DNA of 56,729 bases from Candidatus Sumerlaeia bacterium. GTDB taxonomy: Bacteria; Sumerlaeota; Sumerlaeia; SLMS01. The stretch's first letter is position 1, and every line of letters starts with the position of its first letter. A program made the translations under genes and the position numbers. The notes under the pieces are model-generated. The model saw nothing but the letters and a program-made list of their open reading frames with translations. It made no database searches and was not told the origin of the DNA. The stretch covers positions 1 through 56,729 of the forward strand of contig JBBQYG010000005.1 in the NCBI GenBank assembly GCA_038208905.1, written 5' to 3'. Of the stretch, positions 8,329 through 21,631 are shown in pieces.

Positions 8329-9189
8329 TCACCTACCCCGCAACCGCCTCAGAACTTCCTCGACAATATCATCCGCGTTGCGGGGCGTCGGTGCGAGGAC
8401 CGGTACCGCTGGCGCATCGCGCGTGGCGAGCTTGGGCTCGTCGGTGAGGGGGCCGGGGTGGGGGCGGAAGACGCCGGGCATGGCGGGCGTCGGGGGGCCA
8501 CCGGGGGGGACGCCCGACTCGCAGGAGGGCGTGGCGCCGCGGGTGTCGGGGATGCCGAGCTTGGCCTTCAGGTTCAGCAGGTCGCGCATTCCCGCGCCGT
8601 CGATGCGGTTCCAGTCACCGACGCGCCCCGCCAGCAGCAGGATGCGGCAGTACTGGTCCAGCGTCTCCATCTTGTAGTAGGCGTCGAAGGGATCCTTCCC
8701 CACGGTGACGGCCCCGTGGTTGGTCAGGAGGAAGGCGTCGTGCCGGGCGACCCACGGGGCGATGGACTGGGCGAATTCCCAGGTGCCGGTGGTTGCGTAG
8801 GGCGCGAGAGGGATCTCTCCGAGGAAGATTTCGATCTCCGGCAGGACGCACTTCGGCAGTTCGCGCTGGGCGACGGCAAATGCCGTGGCATGGGGCGGGT
8901 GAACGTGGACCACCGCGTGGACATCGGGGCGGTGGCGATAGACGAACAGGTGGATGCGCACCTCGCTGGTGGCGCGGCGTTTTCCGGCGAGCTGGTTTCC
9001 CTCCAGGTCCACGATGACCATATCCTCGGGCTTCATGAAGCCCTTGGAAATCATCGTCGGCGTGCACAGGACACGGTTCTCGTCCAGGCGGAAGGAGAAG
9101 TTGCCGTCGTTGGAAGCGATGTAGTCCTTCGTCCAGACGCGACGGCCCACTTCGCAGAAGGCTTCGCGGATTTCTTTCTCGTCGAGCAT
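8329..9189 (-). CDS. Class II aldolase/adducin family protein (fuculose/rhamnulose-1-P aldolase-like) with C-terminal extension
   Basis: DGNFS, TPT, TSEVRIH, HVHPPHAT and LLTNHG Zn-binding motifs; Pro-rich linker then ADDIVEEVLRRLRGR. Confidence 0.9.
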   Translation of the reverse strand: MLDEKEIREAFCEVGRRVWTKDYIASNDGNFSFRLDENRVLCTPTMISKGFMKPEDMVIVDLEGNQLAGKRRATSEVRIHLFVYRHRPDVHAVVHVHPPHATAFAVAQRELPKCVLPEIEIFLGEIPLAPYATTGTWEFAQSIAPWVARHDAFLLTNHGAVTVGKDPFDAYYKMETLDQYCRILLLAGRVGDWNRIDGAGMRDLLNLKAKLGIPDTRGATPSCESGVPPGGPPTPAMPGVFRPHPGPLTDEPKLATRDAPAVPVLAPTPRNADDIVEEVLRRLRGR

Positions 9190-9200
9190 GTGGTCGTCCG

Positions 9201-14072
<4,872 letters not shown>

Positions 14073-14191
14073 ACGGTCATCCGAAACGCACCGGGGCGCG
14101 TTGTGGGGGGTTGGCATACAGCATCGGTTGGCCTGCGTTGGTCGCAAGCGCCATTGCGCCCAGTGGCGCCGGGGGCGCGCAAGAGCGAAAG

Positions 14192-14242
14192 GCGGGGAGG
14201 GGGAAAAGGGGGAAAGGGCGGGAAAAACGGGAAAGGCGGGGA
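14192..14242. repeat. 9-bp-period repeat, family B
   Basis: GGGAAAAGG GGGAAAGGG CGGGAAAAA CGGGAAAGG CGGGGAT. Confidence 0.7.
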
Positions 14243-14263
14243 TATTGCGTGGTTGCGCCCACG

Positions 14264-14286
14264 GTAGCATGGGCATCCTGCCCATG
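14264..14286. repeat. GTAG-type REP (single clear arm)
   Basis: GTAGCATGGGCATCCTGCCCATG. Confidence 0.7.
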
Positions 14287-14394
14287 CCCCGCCAACCTTC
14301 GGAATGCAGCCTACCCGCGTAGATCGCGCGTCGGCGGAGTGAGTGCCCTCGTGTCGCATCAACCCAGATTCCAGCGATGCAGACTGCATGCGAA

Positions 14395-14427
14395 GTCAAT
14401 TCGGTCCATCAGGTCAATAGGGTCAAA
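14395..14427. repeat. 9-bp-period repeat, family A, single arm
   Basis: GTCAATTCG GTCCATCAG GTCAATAGG GTCAAA. Confidence 0.8.
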
Positions 14428-14453
14428 GCCCTCGTTCCTGGGTTGTGGGCCCC

Positions 14454-14924
14454 TTAGACAGCCTGGCCGAGCTGCTGGGTGAGGGTGGTGAGTTCCGCTC
14501 GGATGTCGGCGAGGGCGCGGCGGAGTTCGCGGACGTGGGCGGAGGGCTCGGCGGAGAACAACTGAAGCTGGGCACTCTCGGCCACGGTCGGCTCGGGCGG
14601 GGCCGCCACGGCGGCCAACGGGGCCTCGGGGTGGGGCGTGGCCACGATTCCCGAATCCAGGGAGCCCGAGGGGTCCTTGCGGATGCGCTCCACGGCGCCG
14701 GCGATCGTGAACTTCTCGTCATACAGGAGGGACCGGATTCTCAGCAGCAAGTCGATGTCGCGCGACCGGTAGCGGCGCTCGTCGTTGCCATAGCGCTCGG
14801 GCTTGAGCATCGGGAACTTTGTCTCCCAATAGCGCAGGACGTAGGGCTCGACGCCAACAATCTCGGCGACCTCGTTGATCTTGTAGAACAGCTTGCGGGG
14901 GAAAACCTGGGTCATGCTTGCCAT
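14454..14924 (-). CDS. MerR-family HTH transcriptional regulator
   Basis: KLFYKINEVAEIVGVEPYVLRYWETKFPMLKP...RRYRSRDI...LLYDEKFTIAGA; GGAGG upstream of ATG 14924. Confidence 0.9.
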   Translation of the reverse strand: MASMTQVFPRKLFYKINEVAEIVGVEPYVLRYWETKFPMLKPERYGNDERRYRSRDIDLLLRIRSLLYDEKFTIAGAVERIRKDPSGSLDSGIVATPHPEAPLAAVAAPPEPTVAESAQLQLFSAEPSAHVRELRRALADIRAELTTLTQQLGQAV

Positions 14925-15060
14925 CGCGGATGCCTCCTGGGAGCGGGAACAGATGAGCGGGAACGGGAGCGGTGCGGATTCTGGCGCTGCGCAAGAATGC
15001 CCGTGTCTCGCCGGTCGGGGCGAACAACGGCAAGTAAAAAAGCGGGGAAAATCAGCGAGT

Positions 15061-15139
15061 GACAGGGAAAGGCAGGCAACAGCAGGAGATTCCCTGCCTT
15101 TCCCTGCCGTTCGCTGCCTCTCCCTGCTGTTCCCTAGCC
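15061..15139. repeat. 10-bp-period inverted repeat (TTCCCTGCnn)
   Basis: GACAGGGAA AGGCAGGCAA CAGCAGGAGA followed by TTCCCTGCCT TTCCCTGCCG TTCGCTGCCT CTCCCTGCTG TTCCCTAGCC. Confidence 0.75.
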
Positions 15140-15190
15140 TTTCGTCTTGTACCCCAGCGTGCCCGGCCCGTATCCACCGGCGCTCGCGCC

Positions 15191-15811
15191 ATGAACAAGA
15201 CCATCCCACTCGTCCTGATTCTTCCGCTGCTGGTGCCGATGGCACTGGCGGCGGTGGGCATTCGGTTTGGCGGCGGGCCGACCATGGAGCAGGTGATCGC
15301 GCGGTTCGAGAGCCCCGAGGAGGACGTCCGGGTGGACGCCCTGCGGTGGATGCGACCGCTTAGGCGCGCGATGCTTTGGGAGTCGGTGACGCCGATGCTG
15401 GAGGACCCGAACCCCCGCGTCCGCGACCGCGCCATCGAGGTGCTTGAGAAGATGAAGAACCCCCAGGCCCTTCCCGCGCTGGATGCGGCCTTCGACCGCC
15501 GGGTGGACGATCTGGAGTCGATCACCGGCGCGATGCGCAACGCGGGCTATCCGCAGGTTTTTCCCTATCTGGAAAAGCGCCTCAACGATCCCGACGAGGC
15601 GATCCGCCTGCTGGCCGGGGAGGAGATTCACTCGCTGCGCGGGGCGCTCAACCAGGAGGTCTGCTTCTACAGCCTCGGCGATCCGATCTACAATGGCCTC
15701 GGCGACATGATCGCCGCCCAGGCCGCGCTCTTCCCCGCCGGGCGGGAGCGCATCGCCGCGGGGCCCAACAAGATGGGCCGCGACCGCAGCAAGGACGAGC
15801 ACCAGCCATGA
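15191..15811 (+). CDS. Membrane-anchored/secreted HEAT-repeat protein
   Basis: N-terminal hydrophobic segment; LEDPNPRVRDRAIEVL and LNDPDEAIRLLA repeats. Confidence 0.75.
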   Translation: MNKTIPLVLILPLLVPMALAAVGIRFGGGPTMEQVIARFESPEEDVRVDALRWMRPLRRAMLWESVTPMLEDPNPRVRDRAIEVLEKMKNPQALPALDAAFDRRVDDLESITGAMRNAGYPQVFPYLEKRLNDPDEAIRLLAGEEIHSLRGALNQEVCFYSLGDPIYNGLGDMIAAQAALFPAGRERIAAGPNKMGRDRSKDEHQP

Positions 15812-16587
15812 GCGCTGAGCGGGCGTTGGGAATCGCGATGCGCGTGGTGGACGTGCTGATCGCCGTGGTGTTCGTGTCCGTCGTTGCCAATGCCGCCAAC
15901 ACGTGGCCCGTATATATCGTGGGCGACAAGCTGCTGGCCTATCACTTCAAGGCTCTCTTCTGGCTGCTGGTGGTTCGCAGCGCCAGCGTGGTGCCGTGGC
16001 GGCGTTTCCCGGTGCTCCCGCCGATCCGTATCGCCGCCGTGGTCGTCGCGGGCATCGTTTACCTTCTCTTCCTCCACACGCTGATCCTCACGAATTTCTA
16101 CTCCGCGGTGGTGGCCGTGATGCACACGCGGGCGGCTTTCAAGGGCGCAACCGACGCGGAGATCGCCATCGACATCACCGAGCACAACAAGTGGTACCCG
16201 CGGATGAGCTTTGTGATTAAGGTGCAGGAGCTGGTCCCAGAGGACGCCGCCATCGCGTATATCGGCGACCAGCGGCCCCACATCATGTCCTACCTGCTCT
16301 ATCCGCGCCGCGTCTATGCGCTGCCGGAGATGCAGACGACGCTCAACCAAAGCATCCAGGACAACTGGACGTGGAGCCATCTGGAGGATCCGTTTCACAA
16401 GCAGGAGGATCCCCAGAATCCGCGCCGCCGTCCGACGCCGCCTGACTTGGCCCCCGGGCGCATCCAGGCGGAAATGCGCCGCATGATCGCCGAGCGCAAG
16501 ATCGAGTGGGTTCTCTACTACGATTCGCTCTATACCGATAAGAGCTTCATCGAGCGCGTCGATCCCGCCACGCTGGCGACCCCATGA
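15808..16587 (+). CDS. Hypothetical membrane protein (3 TM plus soluble domain with YLLYPRRV)
   Basis: Hydrophobic N-terminal half; ATGA overlaps with both neighbours. Confidence 0.7.
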   Translation: MSAERALGIAMRVVDVLIAVVFVSVVANAANTWPVYIVGDKLLAYHFKALFWLLVVRSASVVPWRRFPVLPPIRIAAVVVAGIVYLLFLHTLILTNFYSAVVAVMHTRAAFKGATDAEIAIDITEHNKWYPRMSFVIKVQELVPEDAAIAYIGDQRPHIMSYLLYPRRVYALPEMQTTLNQSIQDNWTWSHLEDPFHKQEDPQNPRRRPTPPDLAPGRIQAEMRRMIAERKIEWVLYYDSLYTDKSFIERVDPATLATP

Positions 16588-18053
16588 CGGGCGTTGTCAT
16601 CGTCTTCCTGTATCTGATCGCCGTTTCGGCGGCGGGGATGGGCGTGGCGTTGATCGTGTTTCGCGGCGCCGGGCGCGTGGCGGCGGAGGTTTGGCTGCCG
16701 GTGAGCTTCGCGCTGGGGCTCGGACTGCAAGCGATGGTCCTGTTGTCGGCGATGGTGGCCTTTGGCGCGGGGCCCGTGTGGCTTGCGGGTGTCGCGGGGC
16801 TGGTGGCGCTCGGCGCGGGAATCGCCTTGCAAATAAAGGGCGATCCGGCCCGGCGCGTGGATCTGGGCGGCTTCCAGATGTTCGCGAATCCCCCCGCCGA
16901 CGGCAACCAGCGGGCGCTTCATTTCGCGGCGTTCGCGCTGATCGCATTCTTCGTCGTGGTGGTCTATCTCAACGCGCTGAGCTACCCGTTTACGAGCTAC
17001 GACGGGCGCGCGATCTGGAGCTACAAGGCCAAGGTGATGCTCCACGAGCAGAGCATCCTCGGCGAGGCGTTCACCGATCCGTATCGCATCCACTATCACC
17101 GCGACTATCCCGTGCTGGTGCCGATCGCGATGTATGCGATCTACGACCTGACGGGGGGCGTGAACGAGCGGCTGGTGCGGATGCTCTTCTCCACGTTCTT
17201 CCTGATGCAGGTGCTCTTCCTCTACGGCATGCTGCGCCGCATCGGAACCGGCGGGGCGCTGGCGATGGTGGGGGCGTTGTTCTATTGCGCGACTCCCTTC
17301 CGCGACGACTGGTCGGAGCGCGATGGCGGAGCGCTGAACTCCGGCGCGGTGGATATTCCGCTGTCGTTCTTCGCAATGGTTTCGGTCCTTGGATTCCTGC
17401 TTTTCTGGAGGGAGCGCCAGCGGTGGCAGTACCTCCTCGGCGGGGTTTTCGGCGGCCTCGCCCTGATGACCAAGAGCGAGGGCGTCGTGATCGTGGCGGT
17501 GGCGCTGGCGGGAAACATGGCGGTGGCGCTGTTTGGACGCGGCGGGGCGATCAAGCGCGACGTGGCGCTGGCGATCGGGGGCGTGCTTCTGTCCTTCGCG
17601 GTTGCGCTGCCGTGGCAGATCGCGAAGTCGGGAATCCCGAACTTCTATGACGAGGACTACGGCGCGCAGTTCCGCCCCGACATCCTGCTGGGCGCATGGC
17701 AGCGCCTTGGCGTGATCCTCTACACCATCGGCAAGGAAATCGTCTTCATCGAGAAGTGGAACTGGTACTGGGTCGCCCTGATCGCGATGGTGCCGGCGGC
17801 GATTCCGGCGTGGCTCGGGCGGAGGGAGTTCTTCCTGGATTCCCTGCTGCTTGCGTGGCTGTCTATCTATCTATTTGTCTATATGGTCTCTCCGCTCAAC
17901 CTGGTGTTTCACCTGAATACTTCGACGAGCCGGCTGGCCTCGCACCTGCTGCCGCTGGTGCTGGTGCGGCTGATCCTGTTCTGGGCCGCGCGGAATCCAT
18001 TCGACACGCCCGCGCGGCTCGCGGTGCTCCGCGGAGGGGCCGCGCCGTGCTGA
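16584..18053 (+). CDS. GT-C fold membrane glycosyltransferase-like protein (paralog 1)
   Basis: ~13 TM; SYDGRAIWSYKAK, HYHRDYP, DIPL, LMTKSEG and NTSTSRL motifs. Confidence 0.75.
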   Translation: MTGVVIVFLYLIAVSAAGMGVALIVFRGAGRVAAEVWLPVSFALGLGLQAMVLLSAMVAFGAGPVWLAGVAGLVALGAGIALQIKGDPARRVDLGGFQMFANPPADGNQRALHFAAFALIAFFVVVVYLNALSYPFTSYDGRAIWSYKAKVMLHEQSILGEAFTDPYRIHYHRDYPVLVPIAMYAIYDLTGGVNERLVRMLFSTFFLMQVLFLYGMLRRIGTGGALAMVGALFYCATPFRDDWSERDGGALNSGAVDIPLSFFAMVSVLGFLLFWRERQRWQYLLGGVFGGLALMTKSEGVVIVAVALAGNMAVALFGRGGAIKRDVALAIGGVLLSFAVALPWQIAKSGIPNFYDEDYGAQFRPDILLGAWQRLGVILYTIGKEIVFIEKWNWYWVALIAMVPAAIPAWLGRREFFLDSLLLAWLSIYLFVYMVSPLNLVFHLNTSTSRLASHLLPLVLVRLILFWAARNPFDTPARLAVLRGGAAPC

Positions 18054-19474
18054 AACTCTTCCTGGGGCTCGCCTACCTGGTGGCGATACCGGCGCTGGGG
18101 CTACTGGCGCTGCGGTTCATCGCGGCTCGCGACGATCGCCACCCGGCGGAGTTCTGGCTCCCGGTCAGCTTCGGCCTCGGGCTCGGAATCCAGTGCTTCG
18201 TCAGCCTCTCGTCGATCCTGCTGCTGGGTCAGATCTACTATGGCCTCGTGTGGGGGCTGGGGCTCGTTCTGCTGGCGGCGGGGCTGGCATTCCCGGCGCG
18301 TGTGGCGCCGTGGGGAAACTTCGTGGGCCTCGATATGCTGAAGGGGCCCGACAACCCCGCGCATCGCCCGCTCTACTGGTCCGCCGCGGCGATGATCTTC
18401 ATCTTCATTTCCGTGTTCTACTACAACGCCATGGACTATCCCATGGCGAGCTACGACGGGCGCGCCATCTGGGGCTACAAGGCCAAGATTCTCGAGCACG
18501 AGCACACCGTGCTCGGCGAATCCTTCCTCGATCCCGAGCGCGTCCACTACCATCGCGAGTACCCGCTGATGGTGCCCGTCGCGTCCTACGGATTCTACCG
18601 ATTCATCGGCGAGGTGGACGACGACCGCGTGCGGTTCGTGTTCTCGTCGTTGATGCTGTTCTTCGTGCTCTTCCTCTTCGGCGCGCTGCGGCGCGCGGGG
18701 TCGGCGTCGGTGGCGATGTTCTTTGCTCTAGTATTTGCCGGAGCCCCGTTCCGGGAGTTCTGGGTGATCCGAGACGGCGGCGCGATCAACTCCGGCGAGT
18801 CGGATTTCCCGCTGGCATTCTTCGCGACGGTTTCCCTCGTCTCGTGGTGCCGTTGGTGGAGCGGAGGCCGCCGTCAGGACCTCCTCCTCGGCGGGCTGTT
18901 CACCGGCTTCGCGCTGATGACGAAGCAGGAGGGCATCGTTGTCTTCTGCGTCACGCTGGGCGCCAACGGCGTTCAATGGCTGCTGGGTCGAACCAAGGAC
19001 CGCGGGCGGGCGTTTGCGCTCGTCGCGGCGGGGCAGTTGCTCTCCGTGGCGGCGGCGCTGCCATGGCTGATCCTGTCTCGCAAGCTGCCGATGATGTATG
19101 ACGAGAACTACTTCCAGATGCTGGGGATCGACACCCTCCGCAACGCGCCCAACCGCCTGCCGGTGATCTGGGAGATTTTCAGGAACGACGTGACCGAGGT
19201 GGAAAAGTGGAACTACACTTGGTTCGTCTTCCTCGGTGTTTTTCTGGTGGGAAGCTTCCGCTGGTTTCGCGAGCGCCGCATCTACCTGGACGCGGCGATT
19301 GTCCTGTGGCTGATGGCATATCTCACGATCTACCTGCTTTCTCCGCTGAATCTTATATTCCACCTCAACACGTCGCTCCGCCGGCTCATGGCCCACATTT
19401 TCCCCGTCGCGATTCTGCAGATTGGGTTTTTTGTGTCTTACCTCTGCGCAGGTCGGAACAAGGCCGGAGGGTAG
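18047..19474 (+). CDS. GT-C fold membrane glycosyltransferase-like protein (paralog 2)
   Basis: GTG start 18047 after GGAGG; SYDGRAIWGYKAK, HYHREYP, DFPL, LMTKQEG and NTSLRRL motifs. Confidence 0.75.
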   Translation: MLKLFLGLAYLVAIPALGLLALRFIAARDDRHPAEFWLPVSFGLGLGIQCFVSLSSILLLGQIYYGLVWGLGLVLLAAGLAFPARVAPWGNFVGLDMLKGPDNPAHRPLYWSAAAMIFIFISVFYYNAMDYPMASYDGRAIWGYKAKILEHEHTVLGESFLDPERVHYHREYPLMVPVASYGFYRFIGEVDDDRVRFVFSSLMLFFVLFLFGALRRAGSASVAMFFALVFAGAPFREFWVIRDGGAINSGESDFPLAFFATVSLVSWCRWWSGGRRQDLLLGGLFTGFALMTKQEGIVVFCVTLGANGVQWLLGRTKDRGRAFALVAAGQLLSVAAALPWLILSRKLPMMYDENYFQMLGIDTLRNAPNRLPVIWEIFRNDVTEVEKWNYTWFVFLGVFLVGSFRWFRERRIYLDAAIVLWLMAYLTIYLLSPLNLIFHLNTSLRRLMAHIFPVAILQIGFFVSYLCAGRNKAGG

Positions 19475-19564
19475 TAGTTTCCCAGCTACGCGTTGCAGGC
19501 ATTTCTAGACCTCCGTAACAGCATTCAAGTCGCTTCGCCGTCGCGCATTCGCTGCGGGAGCGGC

Positions 19565-19854
19565 GACGCAATCCTAGCCCCGGACTCTAGGCTATGTTTG
19601 ACAATTGCAATCGGCTTTCCGATGGCTGCGAACCTTCGTCCTGACGCGTTCTCGCTCAACGGACAAGCTCGAAGCCATTTATCAAACACAGCCTGGTCCG
19701 GGGACGTCCGACACAAGATGTCCGAACCCCGGTAGGGGTTCCACAGGACTCAACTCGGCGCCGGTGTGGGACCCCTCCCGGGGTCCGGCGTCGGTGTGTT
19801 CGTCCTCCCCGGACTGAAGTCCGGGGCTACGAGTGTTGCGTCCCTGCCGGGACG
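19565..19854. repeat. Composite nested REP-like palindrome (BIME-like)
   Basis: TAGCCCCGGACT...GTCCGGGG pairs with CCCCGGACTGAAGTCCGGGGCTAC; inner hairpins GAACCCCGGTAGGGGTTC and GGACCCCTCCCGGGGTCC; outer GACGCAA/TTGCGTC. Confidence 0.7.
19591..19692. mobile_element. Putative ~102-bp MITE inserted in a REP hairpin loop
   Basis: TIRs GCTATGTTTGACAA / TTATCAAACACAGC (12/14 match), flanked by CTAG and CTGG. Confidence 0.6.
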
Positions 19855-20022
19855 GTTGTGTTCCCGATCCGACAACTCGTCCTGATGCGTGCGGCGGACC
19901 TCCAGGATATCCTGATAGTATTTGCCGCTTCCCGCTTTCTGTTTTGACACCGGCAGGGGACATTGCTGGATTGTGCGGTCTGCCATGCTCCCGACCCCGA
20001 ATCCCGCCGGAATAACTTCGCC

Positions 20023-21456
20023 ATGAGCCTACATTCACTGCTCCTCATCGAGAACTGCCGCGCCGTTGCCTGCCAAGACGACGCGCGGACGGAGTACCGC
20101 GACGCCGACATCCTGATCGAGGGGCGCGCGATCAAGGCCGTGGGCCCGGGGCTGCGGGCCTTGCACAACCTTCCGCCCGACACGCCGACCATCGACGGGC
20201 GCGGGCATCTGGCGCTGCCGGGATTCGTAAACGTGCATCACCATTTCTGGCAGGTGCTGACGCGGACGATCCCGCGGGTGCAATCGGCGGAGCTTTTCCC
20301 CTGGCTCGTCGAGCAGTACAAACTTTGGGAGTCGCTGACACCCTCCGATTTCAAGGTCGGCGCGCGCGTCGCCTTAGCGGAACTGCTCCAGACGGGCTGC
20401 ACCACCACGAGCGACCATCACTACCTCTTCCCCGCAAGCCAGCCGGTGGACCTGATCGATGGCGACATCGCCGTGGCGCGGGAGCTGGGCATCCGCTTCC
20501 ACGCCACGCGCGGCAGCATGACGCTGGGCGAGGCCGATGGCGGGCTCCCGCCGATGTCGGTGGTGGAGAAGGACGAGCGCGTGCTGGCGGACTACGAGCG
20601 CCTGATCTCGACCTATCACGATACCGCGCCGCTCTCGATGACGCGCATCGCCCTCGCGCCTTGCGCCCCGTTCAACGTGACGCCGTTCCTGTTTCAGGAG
20701 ACCGTGCGCCTTGCGCGGCACCATCGCGTGCGGCTGCACACCCACCTTGCCGAAACCGACGACGAGGATCGCTATGTCGCCGAGCGCTTCGGCACGCGCC
20801 CCTTCGACTTCGTGGCCAAGCAGGGCTGGGAGGGCGACGACATCTGGTTTGCCCACTGCGTGAAGATCAACGACGAGGAGATTCGCCGGTTCGCCGACAG
20901 CGGCATCGGCGTGGCCCACTGTCCCTCCGCCAACGCGCGCCTTGGCAGCGGCATCGCCCCGGTCCCCGCAATGCTCCGCGCGGGAGTCGCCGTCGGATTC
21001 GGCGTCGATGGCAGCGCCAGCAACGACAGCGGCGACCTGCTGGGCGAGGCGCGCCTTGCGTTCCTAATCCATCGCGCGCGCTGGGGGGCCGATTCGATCT
21101 CGGCACGCGACTGCCTGTGGATGCTGACGCGCGGCGGCGCGGCGGTTCTGGGGCGCGACGATATCGGGCGGCTCGAAGCCGGCGCCGCGGCGGACGTGGT
21201 GCTGTTCGATCTCGATCAGGTGGCCTTTGCCGGCGGGCCCAGCATCGATCCCGTGGCGGGGCTGATCTTCTGCGGCACCTCCGGCCATGTCTCGTGGTCC
21301 ATCATCAACGGCCGCGTCGTCGTGGAGCGCGGCCGCATCGCCGGCCTCGCCGAAAAACCCCTCGTCGCCGAGGCCAACGCCATCGCGGCGCGCCTAGTCG
21401 AATACGGGATGAGCAAGCATGGGGTGGATTATAGGGTAGCGAAGGTGTGGAAGTAG
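20023..21456 (+). CDS. Amidohydrolase, 8-oxoguanine deaminase/AtzB-like
   Basis: PGFVNVHHHFWQ.LTR, TTTSDHHYLFP, RFHATRGSM, LAPCAPF, LHTHLAE, AHCPS.N.RLGSG and GVDGSASND motifs. Confidence 0.9.
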   Translation: MSLHSLLLIENCRAVACQDDARTEYRDADILIEGRAIKAVGPGLRALHNLPPDTPTIDGRGHLALPGFVNVHHHFWQVLTRTIPRVQSAELFPWLVEQYKLWESLTPSDFKVGARVALAELLQTGCTTTSDHHYLFPASQPVDLIDGDIAVARELGIRFHATRGSMTLGEADGGLPPMSVVEKDERVLADYERLISTYHDTAPLSMTRIALAPCAPFNVTPFLFQETVRLARHHRVRLHTHLAETDDEDRYVAERFGTRPFDFVAKQGWEGDDIWFAHCVKINDEEIRRFADSGIGVAHCPSANARLGSGIAPVPAMLRAGVAVGFGVDGSASNDSGDLLGEARLAFLIHRARWGADSISARDCLWMLTRGGAAVLGRDDIGRLEAGAAADVVLFDLDQVAFAGGPSIDPVAGLIFCGTSGHVSWSIINGRVVVERGRIAGLAEKPLVAEANAIAARLVEYGMSKHGVDYRVAKVWK

Positions 21457-21581
21457 GGAACGGCGGGAAAGACGGGAACGGCAAAAAAAAGATGATGTCC
21501 CCAACGATTTAGTCCTTCCCAACTTTGCCGCCTTTCCCGTCGTTTCCGCCTTTCCCATTGTTCCCGCTTTCCCCATTCCCG
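21456..21581. repeat. Two-armed family B element (9-bp period)
   Basis: AGGGAACGG CGGGAAAGA CGGGAACGG ... TTCCCAACT TTGCCGCCT TTCCCGTCG TTTCCGCCT TTCCCATTG TTCCCG. Confidence 0.8.
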
Positions 21582-21631
21582 GGCGAAGCCCCTTGCAGGG
21601 ACCGGCGGCTGTCGCATAGCATCGCCGGACA

